A DNA stretch of 64,000 nucleotides from Phoronis australis (taxonomy: Eukaryota; Animalia; Phoronida), in assembly GCA_002633005.1 (NCBI GenBank), contig NMRA01000597.1:115988-179987 (forward strand). The letters run 5' to 3'. Below are positions 35,901 to 49,108 of this stretch, one piece after another (position 1 is the first letter of the stretch; every line of letters starts with the position of its first letter). The notes beneath the pieces were generated by a model. It was not told the DNA's origin and did no database searches. It saw only the letters and a program-made list of their open reading frames with translations. Made by a program: the position numbers and the translations under genes.

Positions 35901-38900
35901 TTTTCGCAACAGGAAATTTTGGTTTTGAAAGTCCTCCTTCAATTCTGAGCAGCACGTACAGCTTTCCTCTTCTTGAAAGCACCCCCCGGGACTTTGACCA
36001 TGGACACACACGTAAGAGGCTAGCTTGTTCGCCGCTTGTTCGTCAATATTATCACACGCAATTGATCAAGCTCGGCACAAGATTGAAGTACTATTTGACC
36101 GGTTAGATGCGATAATGAAGCCACCAGGTTTAGGACAGTAAGTTTATATTTGAAGACTAAGTACCGAGAGAACTACTTCATACATCGAAATATATAACTT
36201 CGCTACATAGTAATACAGTACTACAACATCCCCCTCTTGCGCCGAAGCCTAGTGCCATTTGAGGTTTCGACGATTTAACTGTCCGGATTCTTGTCTTGGT
36301 GTACGATGTTACCCGGGCGCCAGTCTGGGTTTCTTTGTCGAGAATTCTAACATTCTGACCACGAAACAAACTTGGAAGTGTTTGTTTGACGCATCGTTTG
36401 TCATGATGGTCCTTGATGTTTGTAGCACGTTCATCCAATCGTCTGCGATGTGCACCCTCACCAGGTTCAGAGCAGCTCGGTAGAGTCGTGACGACTGGTC
36501 GGCCAAATAGCAATTCTGCTGGTGACGGAAGCTTCGTATCAATTGGCGTAGCTCTGAGCTGAAGCAGTGCTAAGGCGATGTCAGACTTTTGTTGCAGGCA
36601 TTTCTTTACAACAGACTTAATGCGTCTTACATGGCGTTCGATGAAGCCATTGCTGCCGTAGTAGTGAGGTGAGCTAGTGACACGTTTGGTGTCCCGAGAA
36701 GTGACAATTCCTTGATGGTTGGATCGGTATATTTTGGTCCGGACGTCTTTATTTCGTCTATTACAGGGTATTTCTAATACCTGTCAACAGTTAGCAAGAA
36801 TTGTCTGCCATCAATCTTAAACAGGTCAGATGCGATTAACTGCCATGGTCTGGAAGCTATATCATGGGGGTTGAGTGGTTGTGGAGGGTTGGCATCTTGG
36901 AACTCCTGGCAAAGTGAGCACGACTTGCACAGTCGCTCTTTGTCTGCATTGACATTTGCCCAGTATACACTTTCTCGAGCTAACCGCCGTGTCTTCTCGA
37001 CGCCTTGGTGCCCTGCGTGGAGTTGTTGTAGGACAACATCTCTCATCTGTTCAGGTATCGTGACTTGTCGACCCTTGAACAGGATTCCAGCTTCGACAGC
37101 TAATTCATCCCAAAAGGGCCAGTAGGGATGTGCCTGCTCAGGTAATTCCTTTATGGTCTCAAGCCATCCTTGATAGACAATCTCCTTGATCAGGTTAAGC
37201 GTGGAGTCTTGAGTGGTCTCCGCTCTAAGTCCCCCTCTCTCTTGTGGTCAGGGAAGTTAATGATGACCATTTCAATGATCAGAGGATCGTCGAGTTTGAC
37301 AATGACACCATCAATGCTTTCATCTCACTTGATTGTCGCTCCATTCTCAGGGCTTGGTTGTCTACTCAGGGTATCGGCTAGAGTCATCAGGCTACCTGGT
37401 CTGTAGACTACCTGAAAGTTGTATCCTTGTATCTTTAGCAACATTCTCTGCCACCGTGGTGGTGCTGAGTGGAGTAGCATTGAACATATACTAACAAGCA
37501 GCTTGTGGTCAGTTATAACGAGGGGTGAAGTTCCGTACAAGTAGGTGTGACACCTCTGTATGCCATAGAGAATGGCTAACATTTCTCGCTCGATCGTGGA
37601 ATATCGAGACTGACAGTCGGTGAGTGTCTTGGACCCAAATGCTACAAGTTTGCCATCTTGAGTCAGTGCCACCCCTAGTCCCTTCTGAGATGCATTAACT
37701 TCAAGTGTAATCGTTTTTTGCTGGTTGTAGTATGATTGTTGGCAATCAGTTGTGACTAGAGTCTCGAAATCATCGCAGCACTGCTAATAGGACGCATCCC
37801 ACACCCAGGTTGTTTCAGATTTCAGAAGGTTACTTAGTGTGTGAGCTTTGTCTGCAAATCTGGGGATATGTATTGGGAAAGGTAGTTCAGCATGCCTAGG
37901 AAACGTTGTAAGTCTTCATTGTTCTCAGGTGTAGGCGTCTTCTGAATGTCACGGATTTTAAACGGGTCAGGTTTTATTCCGGAGTCTGTGTATTGGTTGC
38001 CAAAGAAGGAGGTGCTACGCTGCTTGATTTTTTTGAGCTATTAAGAACGAGACCAGTTTGTGCAGCTCGTAGGTTGCGATCATGCTCTTCTTCGTTTTTA
38101 CCGAATACTGCCACATCATCAGCAACGTTGACAACACCACTGAGTCCCTTCCAGAATTTGGTCCATTCTCGCCTGGAATATGTCTTGAGAGACGCTGAGG
38201 CCAAATGGAAGTCTGGTCCAACATACTCTGCCAAATGGAGTACGGCAGGTTGTCAGCAGTTGAGATTGTTCATCGAGGTGAACAGACCAATATCCAGCTT
38301 GTGCGTCGAGTTTGCTGAAGAACTTCGCGTTTGCGAACTCTGGATTCAGCTCCTCCAGGGTTGGTGCCTTGTTTAGACAAAGTTTCAGACTCTTGTTAAG
38401 ATTCTGGGGGTCGATACAGACTCGAAGTGACCAGCCTTTCTTCGTGCAGTATGCGAGGTTAAAACACCAGTCGGTGTGCTCGTCCCCCTTGTGTAGCACA
38501 TCCTGTTGGATTAGGTTATGAATTTCTTGCTTTACTTTGTCGCCCATGTGAATGCTGATCTTTCGTGGAGGTCGATCAACGGTTCAGCATCGGGTTTGAG
38601 AAGAAGCTTTGCTTCGCCATCAAAGGTACCAATTTTATCAAACTGGTCAGGGTATGAGTTCTTCGGCTGTTCTTTGATAGTAAAGCGTGTTGCCTTCACA
38701 CTGTCGGCATGTATTGTGATGAGTCTGAGTTTCTCACAGTTAAGTTAACCTACAACAGCTGGCTCAGGTACATCCACAACGTAGAATGTTGCAGGGACCC
38801 ATGTAGAATCACGGTACTGGCAATCAATGTTGATATGGCCAAGACATGGGATGGTGTCACCGCTGTACGAGGTGAGTTTTACGTGTTGCGCAGGTTGCAG

Positions 38901-40114
38901 GATTTTGAGCACGTCTGGGGACTGGCCATACATCTGTTTGAAAGTACGAAGTGGCAATCTATTGCCTGAAGCACCAGAATCCATCTTCAATCTCAGTGTG
39001 TGGCTGGTTGAAGAGTGCACATTGGGTGATTTGATGTTAAGGATGGTATTTGCTTCATCTCGTGTCATAGTGCCTAGGCATTTAGTGCTCACAGTAATCG
39101 AATAGAAATGCTTTTGGTAGGTCTCATCACCAGTGTCGCAATAGCATCAGTGTTTTTGTGAGACTTCTTCTGCCGGTATGAGTCGTGGTTCTGATCAGAC
39201 CGGGTTTTCGATTTGCTGTGTCGTCCACGGGAAGAATGACGTCGCTGTTGCTGCTGCTGTTGTTTTTGTGCTTTGCGTTTTTTCCCTACAGCAAGCTGCC
39301 TAGTGCCCCTTGAATCCACATGACTCACACGTGCCGAAGTAGGGTGGATACTGTCTGGGCTTGTGGTCCAGCCCGCAGTTTTTACAGCATCGGTTTCGGC
39401 TTTCCCTGGTCACGCCATGGACCTCTTCGGTGGCGAGGCCCATCTGCTGCAATTGACTGTTGCCTGCGCTCATGGCTTCGTATTTCCGACCCTCAACTAG
39501 TATGTCGCATAGTTTGGGGTACTGGCTATGATGAGTTCAGTCCAGCACACGTTTACTAAGTTCTTCGTGCTGAAAAATCACGTTTTAGGGCCAACATGCG
39601 TTCATGGGTTACAAAGTCATCAATGTTTTCATTGGGTTTTTGCCTATACTGAATCTGTTGTAAGCGGTGTTTACGGAAATTGACTTTGAGTTAACTCTCA
39701 GAAAATCGCCAAAGTTCGGCAGGTTTACTTTTGTCAGCGTCAATTAGCCCACTGGCATTCAGTCGTTTTAAACCTTCATCTCCGATGCCACGGAGGATTT
39801 TACGGGCCTGCTTACCTGCATCCACTATTTCCTCGTCTTCTATGTATAGCGTCATGATAACGCAAGGTTTTCACTTAGATTGTCGCAGTCCCAGGCCATC
39901 TTCGGTATGGGGGCCGCTATATTTGCTTTGATCCGGGGTCGAATGTCACACGCACAGAGGTCGCAGACGGTCGTAATTATAGATAGTTTGGGAATGTGGG
40001 AGTGACGAATTTCAGACACTGCGAGGGACAACGGCGATTTGGTGTCGGTCCGCGTGATAATGAATTCCTTTTTACTCCTATCCTCGGACAGGAATAAATC
40101 GTGGATAGTATAAG

Positions 40115-42517
40115 CAAGGAGTGTACGAGTATAGGAGAGTTCACTCCGCCATTTTACCATTTGCCGCAATGGTTACTGGTCGAAACAATAGCGCTCCAAG
40201 CGGTGAATAATCAACACTTAGTTTGGCGCGCAGTCCGAACAATGTAAACGCTCATAAATTCATACTTTAATGACATTCAACGCGCAATAAAATTACTGTG
40301 TGACTGAAAATGGTTAGAATACATAAACTAACATCCACTTACAATATAATGAGAAATAAAATGTGTATTTTAATCAATATTAAAGTGTATTTGTTTTTAT
40401 TCTCTTGAAGCTCCCTTCAAAATTCATCATGGTTTTGTTTCATGTTTGAGTTCTTAACACGGCAATTATTGTTCCTTATAACAGTTCATACCTCCATGGA
40501 CTACATTATTTGAATGATTGGCCCTTGGGGTTCAGAAGGGAATTCCCCCCAGGTGCCAGCTAAGGGGATACCAGGCAAAAAGGCGGCAGGTGGGCGCCAA
40601 ATGGATGTTGACCCCCTCCCAGGGGGTTACATGGGAGGAGTGCTAAACAGGTAAAAACCAATGGGTATGTATGCCACATGGTTGTTGAGCCCCTCCCATC
40701 GTCACACATTTTGGTTGCTCCCCTGACCATTGACAAACATGTTGCTCCCAGCTCACTGCTGGTTTCATCTCCACCCAACAATTTCGCATGTGTTCCCTAT
40801 TCAATGCATGAGGTTACTGGCAATGCAGACTACCCACATAACTTCATACAAAATTGAATGAAAAAGACTTGGATAATAAAACCAATATTATATGTTATAT
40901 ACCCACTGTTCCTATTAGTAAATATTTCAGTTAAGTTAAAGCCAGGCCACAAGATCATATCTGATACCTAGCCTTAAATTAATCACAATCTCCAAAAACG
41001 TACAAAACAGGCAACACATACACCAACCAATACAACAAGAAAATCTGACCAACCTTGTCACTCTCTATTAATTCACTAGCAAATAACAGCACTTTTCGCC
41101 AAAGAAATGCGTTATAAATAAAGCTGAAAACTAATTTACTCACAGAGGTGTTTGTCATCGAAAAGCAAAATGATACGGATAGCTTGAGTTTAACAAAATT
41201 TCAGCCCACCACTCAGACTCTGAATGATCCATCAGTTTCACTTTGACTCTCTCCAAATCACAGGCTAACCATGCATAAAATGTTTCGATCTGATCAACCT
41301 TAGTAAAATACGAAAACCAGATTTTGCGGACTAATTGTCCTTTCTACACTGATGTTCCAGCACTTGCTTTGTGAGACGATAATCAGAAATGCAAAAAAGC
41401 CTATTCCAGAGCTGTAATATAATTTCCGGAGAACTTTTGACCCTGACATCTTCATTTTTGGTGGATTCGGGACATCAAATATTGTTCGGGCACTGAAGTC
41501 AATACCAGCTTGTTCTTCATTCATGAACATGGACTCCTCGAAGTGATGAGAGCATAACTTGCGGTTCTTGGACAAATAGGTTGCATCTCTATTCATAAGG
41601 TCAGCTCCCAGCGCTTGCACCTGAACAGAAATCAATGAGACTCAGGAACAAACCTCATACTCACTAGGTTCACAGAAGACTGGTAGCCTACACTAAAGTA
41701 CACTGCACTACAGATTTCCTATCGTACTGTGATTGTGATAGAGACAAAAGCGTTTTGGTGTCAACTCAAAAAAACTCGGACTCAAATGTTGATCCACGGA
41801 TATTACAATACTAGGGCCGCTCCTCCGCATCATTGACACATAGAATTAAGTTTTCAATGACGCACTGCTTAACTTAATTGGTCCAACTGGCACATTAAAA
41901 TTATGTTCGGATTTTTCACCTTTTCACCGAGACCTACAGATTCGCTAACTTAACTCATGACAGACTTAGTGGCCCTGTGGCTGTGATTGTGTCATGGCTG
42001 TGTCACCAGTCATATTACTCATGGCCATCATGGGCATGGGTATGTTTTCCTAAAATTGTCGCTGCGATCGTACGGGTGACATTTTGATTTGGAATTGATG
42101 GTCTGCAAGTATCCAAAAAGCTGACGATCACATCGTACGTTCATCATAGTCCTTCCGCCGGCAGCCCGGTTGTACAGTAGGCCTAGCCTACACTGTGCAC
42201 AGACAACAGAACAGTGGCAACGGGACTGTGATCGACTTGTCTAACAACCGTGAACAACGCAGAAAATGGAAAGTCAATGTATTATATTATTGAATAACAG
42301 ATAACCTCACCTTTATGGATCCTTAGGAAACCTAAAAAATGACACGTCTGTGGTTTTCGTGGATGAATTCATGCAATTTATCGCACTGCAAAATGCGTCC
42401 TTCCCCATTGTTTTGGCGCTTCCTGGTTGACAGTTGCTTAATCACCACTTGGCGGCGCTAGTAGTAGCGGTAACAGCGAACTCACAAGTGAACTCTCCTA
42501 TACTACTACACTCCTTG
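40115..42517 (-). mobile_element. P-element-superfamily deletion derivative with a spliced, dead THAP ORF
   Basis: ~31-bp TIR CAAGGAGTGTA..AGTATAGGAGAGTTCACT and a 7-bp TSD GTATAAG. Exon 42408-42311 reads MGKDAFCSAINC...FFRFPKDP* followed by a GTGAG donor; the next exon from ~41620 reads CKRW...LCSHHFEESMF...PNPP. Confidence 0.8.
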
Positions 42518-42750
42518 GTATAAGTATCACTTAACACTGATTGTCCGTTCGGAACAGTCGTTTCTTGCACTTACGAACTTTCAGTCGGCTGGTTGACGAA
42601 CAGGTACTAGGGTATGCAGACAAGGGCGCTTCGCGGCTTCACGTTGTCCGGCTCCCGGTTGGAACACAAAATTTAGTTTCTGCAGTTCTCCAAACTCCAT
42701 TTAATTGCACAACATCGGCTCTGGCAATCACAGGTATGGTCGTGACATTT

Positions 42751-42763
42751 ACCGCTGCCACCA
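42751..42763 (-). promoter_or_regulatory. Primer-binding site complementary to the 3' end of tRNA-Leu
   Basis: TGGTGGCAGCGGT immediately after the 5' LTR. Eukaryotic tRNA-Leu(AAG/TAG) ends ...ACCGCTGCCA-CCA. Confidence 0.8.
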
Positions 42764-43635
42764 TGAAGTATTATTTGACTGGTTAGAGGCGATGATGAAG
42801 ACACCAAGTTCAGGACAGTAGGATTATATTTGAAGACTAAGTACCGAGAGAACTACTTCATACATAGAATTATATAACTACGCTACATAGTAATACAATA
42901 CTACAACAAAGATGATTGGAGCCACACAAAATCTGCTGCTCCAAGAGCTCATACCACAGCCCAAAAGATAGCCTAGGCTTGATGAGGCCAGTAGAGCGTG
43001 TGTTGGCAAAAGAAAAATTATTGATCCTTGGTGCCGTGACCCACTTCGTAATGCCCATATGGCGACTCTAGTACATGTCAGCCAGAAACAAGAAAAAGAC
43101 AGATTTCTAATACAGGCGAGCCTTGATACAACGTTCCCTGTTTACAATGATAACAGCGATATAACGTACAAACTTCCACGTCCCGATTTTACCTAATCCT
43201 AATGTATGTAAGTGTAGTACCACTTACTATAACGTATACATTCGGAAGATCCCTTGGTTGCTACGAAGTTTTACTGTAAATATTCGATGGAACACCCACG
43301 TTGACAGTAAGCAGTTCCCGCAACTTACCCGTAAGACAAGCGAAGTAAGCAGGTCAACCCTCACAGCTTGCGAAGAGCAGTACTTAGGACTTAGTGTGCA
43401 AAGTCTACGGAGAAACGTCACGTCCGTGTCTAGCTGCTCAGATATTCTCACACTCTTTCATGTCCAGCGCTACATTAACAGATAGGTGGCGCTGTAACAG
43501 AGGTATAGGTTAAAGGTGTTTCGAGCTTGATAACTACTCCCATGAACTGAATATATTGCCGACTTTACTTTGTAGCTGAGCCCTACTGATACGTGTAGAA
43601 TATAGCGAGGCCCTACACCAAACCGTCGAAAGGTA

Positions 43636-46040
43636 CACTGACACGCCGTAAAATGTAACAACTGTTACATTTTACGTCATTATTATCTTTCACGTTGCCA
43701 AGCCTCTCCTATGAAATGTAGCAATTTTCGTCGAATGCACATGCGAGAAATGTACCATTGTTACATTTTACGAAAGCGACGTCATATTTTATGAGTTTGC
43801 ATGGTATTTGTCTCATTTGAAAAAAGTACTTCTCTTGGCACACAGCAATGGACACTGTGGACTCAGTCAGGCAGACTCTGTAATGATCGGGTCACTACTA
43901 AGTACTGTAAAATGTTTATGGCAACACACAAGACCTTGTGCATATGTGTCACATTTCAGAGAATTAATGGGCAAACGTTTTACAATAAACCGATTCTAAC
44001 AAACAGAAAGATTCCATTTGTGCCAGACAGTTACAGCACAAACCTATGGAAAGACTCGGCAGTGATCGGGTCATGTTCCTGATGTGTTCCTGATGTGACG
44101 TGTTTCCGAAGATAGCCGAAGTTGAAAATTTTCTGTTCTCAAAAATTTGTGGGGAAGTGGGAGCGTGTTTTAAACGAATAATAGAAGAATATGGGTATGA
44201 AATAAAAAGAAATGTGGTTTATAAGCAAAGTTTATTAACAGTCAGCAAATGTGTATATATGTTAACTACAACTAAATAACTGTGAACCAATCTCTTTAAA
44301 GGGGCAATAGTCCAAAAAGCTGACTATCGGCCTTTCGGACTACAGAAACGTACCTTTCTTTTTCTATTGATAAAACATGAATTAAAACTGCCTTTTGGTA
44401 ATTATTCTTTAGTTCAAAGCATAGGCGGATTTAGGGAGGGGCAGGGGGCATTACAAAAAGAAGTAGGTTTCGCGCGCAAACGCTATCGGACCATAAACAA
44501 GTACATGTAGGTCTCTTAGTATAACTTTAGTAGTTAAAGCGTGGTGGATTAGTGGTAAAGCACGCGCGCTTTATCCGCAAGGTCGTGAGGTCGAGTCTGT
44601 GGTAGTTGCAGTTTTTCCTGTTTTGACACGTTCTCCGTGTTTTTTTTTTGCCTTTTTTCTTGGATAATACTTCACAAATCAAAGAAAATGCTTGATTTTT
44701 AGAGGAAAAAACAGAACAAATTTCCTCGGGGGCAAACCCCCCTCCCGACCTCCCCCCATTCGGTGCTATGCGCATCTACAATCGTGGTTTGTGCAAATAC
44801 TTACAGCCGAACAAAATGTTGTCCCCCCCTTGTGATATTCTAGATCCGCCACTGCAAAGCACATGTAAATAATGACAAAGATTGTACATCCACTATTAAT
44901 CGACGGGAAGCCACGTGTCATGAGGCGCCATTTTTTGTGTTGCCACTCGCTGTGAACAACACGCGTGGTTGTCGGCAGATCGCATAAAAAGTGGATATTA
45001 AACATCGCTGACTTCGACGTTGACCGTTTTTGTTCCATACAATTCATTTTCAAGGAAACCTAGTTGAAATCACTTAGTTAAATCACTATGCTTTTCTAAG
45101 AATATTGGGGTCCGTTCCACATAAAGTTGTTGGGTGTTTTGTGTGTTCGTTATCAACTATTCTAATGACCCGGTGACCGCAGCCATAGCCGAATAGTCGC
45201 TAGTTCTCGAAAAAGGTCTGCCTCCGGGATGCAACCTAACGTAATCTTTGAACTTACACATCATCGTGCAACAAGCCCCAGTTCCTTGAAAAGGAATGTT
45301 TTCAACAAGAGACAAAAATGATTACACGCTGGGTATCCTCACGTTCAGATGTAAGTCGCAAGTTAAAGATTGCGGTCTGAATTCAGTTCTTCGTGGCAAA
45401 CTGCAGAAGGATATATTTATATTTACAGATAATACCGGGCTTGCCGATAGTTAAGAAATAATTAATGTGTGAAGTTGGCGCAAGTCTAAGCAAGACTTGA
45501 AATCTCAACCGCCTCGTTTCCAAAAAATAGGCGTACTCTGCATCCACAGCTGAACATAGGAACCCCTTTAAATCCTTTGAAACTGCACTCGCAGCTCACT
45601 ATGGGAAGCCCGGTGAAAACATTGAATCATAAATGAGATGATTCTAAAATCTTTGAGGACCACGATGTATTAGCACTTTAATGAACATGTAATAATAATA
45701 ATAATGATAATAATAATAAGAATAATAATAACGATAACGAGTAATAGTAAGAATGATAATGGGTAGCCAAATTCATGTCACGTCAGCCGGGAGGGCATTC
45801 CTGTAGAAGAGGCATACGAAAAGTGTGACACAAAAAGGTGTTTTTTACAACAAAAAACTCCAAAATGGTGCCATTTTCGACAAAATATTATCTAAAATGT
45901 GCCTTTTCTGAACTTCTGGAACAGAACTATGTAAAATGTAACTACTTGTTACATTTTAGGAGCGGCTTAGAAACGCTGAATGTAACAATGACGTAAAATG
46001 TAATAGTTGTCACATTGTTACATTTTACGGCTTATCAGTG
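43636..46040. mobile_element. CACTA/EnSpm-like non-autonomous element
   Basis: CACTGA..GCCGTAAAATGTAACAA TIRs, with clustered subterminal AAATGTAACA / TGTTACATTT repeats at both ends. The empty site is visible at ~63040-63050. The TSD is unclear. Confidence 0.7.
44420..44854 (-). mobile_element. hAT5-like MITE, internally deleted copy nested in the CACTA-like element
   Basis: Both TIRs are present, with a perfect 5-bp TSD CAAAG. Confidence 0.9.
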
Positions 46041-46499
46041 CACTGAAGAAGATACGCTATTCAAACACACAGTTTAATTACATTCCCAGTGGTGTGATTA
46101 TAATTTCCGCCTGTCTGTGCCAAGGTCACGTCTATATTCATTTAACACTACCTTGGACTCACAGTCTCAAGTCAAACGATCTTCAAACTGACGTTAGAAT
46201 AGGATTGAGTGACAAAAAAATATCAAGGGTACAAATAGTCAGTAGGCCTACCTGACAAACCGACCGGTTCGGAATCGGTTTCAGGTGCCGTAATCGACAG
46301 TTACTCTCCACGCAGTCAGCCCCATGCATGGTTTTGCCTCGCTGAGCGCGATCGGTCCAGCATCACGGCCGCAAAACCCATTGAATATTTGCATATGCCT
46401 ACCGTCATCAAATTCTTTAATAACCACGGTGACAGCCTTCAACCGAATTATTTCTACGATACTTTCACTTGTATTGCTCCCAGTTCTAGTATACACCAT

Positions 46500-46730
46500 C
46501 ATTACAGCAGGCAATAAATCTATTATAAACTAACCAAGTTTTGTTCTGGTACTGAAAATCTGTTTAAAAATTCTCTGCGAAATGTTTCGACTAAAATTGT
46601 GAACAATCTTCCATGCTGTGTCCTTGAAAAGATTTATACCCATTCTCTGTTTAGAATTAATTAGAAATCGTTGATTTGATGAGAATCGTCTTGATTGCAC
46701 CAATTCCGACTGCTATGTTCATGTTGTTAC
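46500..46730 (+). mobile_element. 3' end of a decayed LINE (CR1/L2-group ORF2 C-terminus); also at ~47900-48115 and ~63500-63725
   Basis: Best read at 63540-63725 as KNSLRNVLPNLVNSLPRYVLDKIDTH..C..ANC..C, which resembles the DKIxTHS...CxxxxCxxC tail of these LINEs. Confidence 0.5.
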
Positions 46731-47059
46731 AGTGGCGGANTTGCGGTCTGAATTCAGTTCTTCGTGGCAAACTGCAGAAGGATATATTTATATTTACAGA
46801 TAATACCGGGCTTGCCTATAGTTAAGAAATAATTAATGTGTGAAGTTGGCGCAAGTCTAAGCAAGACTTGAAATCTCAACCGCCTCGTTTCCAAAAAATA
46901 GGCGTACTCTGCATCCACAGCTGAACATAGGAACCCCTTTAAATCCTTTGAAACTGCACTCGCAGCACACTATGGGAAGCCCGGTGAAAACATTGAATCA
47001 TAAATGAGATGATTCTAAAATCTTTGAGGACCACGATGTATTAGCACTTTAATGAACAT

Positions 47060-47060
<1 letters not shown>

Positions 47061-47102
<42 letters not shown>

Positions 47103-47110
47103 GAATAATA
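47061..47110. repeat. (AAT)n microsatellite (counterpart at 45691-45730)
   Basis: Directly visible. Confidence 0.95.
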
Positions 47111-48120
47111 ACGATAACGAGTAATAGTAAGAATGATAATGGGTAGCCAAATTCATGTCACGTCAGCCGGGAGGGCATTCCTGTAGAAGAGGCATATGAA
47201 AAGTGTGACACAAAAAGGTGTTTTTTACAACAAAAAACTCCAAAATGGTGCCATTTTCGACAAAATATTATCTAAAAATGTGCCTTTTCTGAACTTCTGG
47301 AACAGAACTATGTAAAATGTAACTACTTGTTACATTTTAGGAGCGGCTTAGAAACGCTGAATGTAACAAAGACGTAAAATGTAATAGTTGTCACATTGTT
47401 ACATTTTACGGCTTATCAGTGCACTGAAAAAGATACGCTATTCAAACACACAGTTTAATTACATTCCCCAGTGGTGTGATTATAATTTCCGCCTGTCTGT
47501 GCCAAGGTCACGTCTATATTCATTTAACACTACCTTGGACTCACAGTCTCGAGTCAAGCGATCTTCAAACTGACGTTAGAATAGGATTGAGTGATAAAAA
47601 ATATCTAGGGTACAAATAGTCAGTAGGCCTACCTGACAAACCGACCGGTTCGGAATCGGTTTCAGGTGCCGTAATCGACCGTTACTCTCCACGCAGTCAG
47701 CCTCATGCATGGTTTTGCCGCGCTGGGCGCGATCGGTCGAGTATCACGGCCGCAAAACCCATTGAATATTTGCATATGCCTACCGTCATCAAATTCTTTA
47801 ATAACCACGGTGACAGCCTTCAACCGAATTATTTCTACGATACTTTCACTTGCATTGCTCCCAGTTCTAGCATACACCATCATTACACCAGGCAATAAAT
47901 CTATAATAAACTAACCAAGTTTTGTTCTGGTACTGAAAATCTATTTAAAAATTCTGTGCGAAATTTTTCGCCTAACCTTGTGAACAATCTTCCATGCTGT
48001 GTCCTTGAAAAGATTTATACCCATTCTCTATTTAGTGTAATAAATAATTAATTAGAAATCATTGATTTGATGAGAATCGTCTTGATTGCACCAATTCCGA
48101 CTGCTATGTTCATGTTGTTA

Positions 48121-49108
48121 CAGTGGCGGATCTAGGATATCACAAGGGGGGGCCCAACATTTTGTCAGTAAACATTTGCGCAAAGCACGATTGTAGATGC
48201 GCATAGCCCCCAATGGGGGGAGGTTGGGAGGGGGAAATTTTTCTGTTTTTTCCTCTAAAAATCAAGCATTTTCCTTGATTCCCGAAGTATTATCCAAGAA
48301 AAAAAGCAAAAAAAGAACACTGAGAAAGTGTCAAACAGGAAAAACTGCAAGTGCCACAGTCCTGAACTCACGACCTGACGAATAGAGCGCGCGTGCTTTA
48401 CCACTGCACCACCACAATTTATCTCCTAATTAGTTACTAAGAGACCTACTTGTTTATGGTCCACAGCGTTTGCGCTCGAAACCTTCTTCTTTTTGTAATG
48501 TTTATTACACTTTTTATATTTTGTGCTATCAGTTCGTAACAAATTTGTTGTATTTAAAATAGTCTTCAATTGCCCAAAAGACCAAATCCGTTATTTTGTG
48601 TTGGCATTAATGACGCGATTCCTTTGGAAATCGTCTTAAGGTTTGACAAAGAGAGAATTATGAGTTTCTGAGTGATTTACTAAGGCTTCGATTAAAATTC
48701 ACATCTTACCAGCAGTTTGTTTTTTCATCGTCACTCAGATTCCATTTTCTTTAAAAAATGAAGTAATTTTCTTCATTGCACAGTGAAGCAGACGACGGAA
48801 ACGGAGTCGTAGTGTGCAGCGCCACTGCCGGACGACTGGGATATCGCGAAAGAGCCTATACTTAGCCATAGCTCCGTTACGATTGAGCCGTGTTCCGAAT
48901 TTGACACTTGAAATTGGATCTGAGCCCCCCTCCCCCCCTCCCCTCCCCCCCAACACACTAAAACTGCACACATTTCAATCTTGTTTCCGCCGTATAATGT
49001 TAATTACCGGGATTAATTGATAAACTCAACATTTCCCTACGCTCTTGCTGTTTTATTTTTTTTGCGGCAGCCAAGAGGGGGGCCCTGACCCCCCTAAATC
49101 CGCCTATG
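48121..49108 (+). mobile_element. hAT5-like MITE, full copy (partial re-copy at 49933-50702)
   Basis: Both TIRs are present, with a 5-bp TSD TGTTA. Confidence 0.9.

Larger units (their letters stand above)
36084..42908 (-). mobile_element. Full-length but decayed Gypsy LTR retrotransposon (Mag-like) with a nested P-element derivative
   Basis: 145-bp TG...CA LTRs at 36084-36228 and 42764-42908, AAGAT TSD, PBS and PPT (AAGAGGGGGA). Fragmented gag, protease (LKMDSGASGN), RT (FSKLDAQAGYW, PFG, ADD), RNase H (DAS, YSTIEREML) and integrase (HAGHQG..CxxC, SDLF). Confidence 0.95.

Noticed and set aside
45370-48120. 1.37-kb tandem duplication
   Set aside because: Joined at a single N (46740) that cuts a MITE after 9 bp. 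Most likely two haplotypes scaffolded in series.
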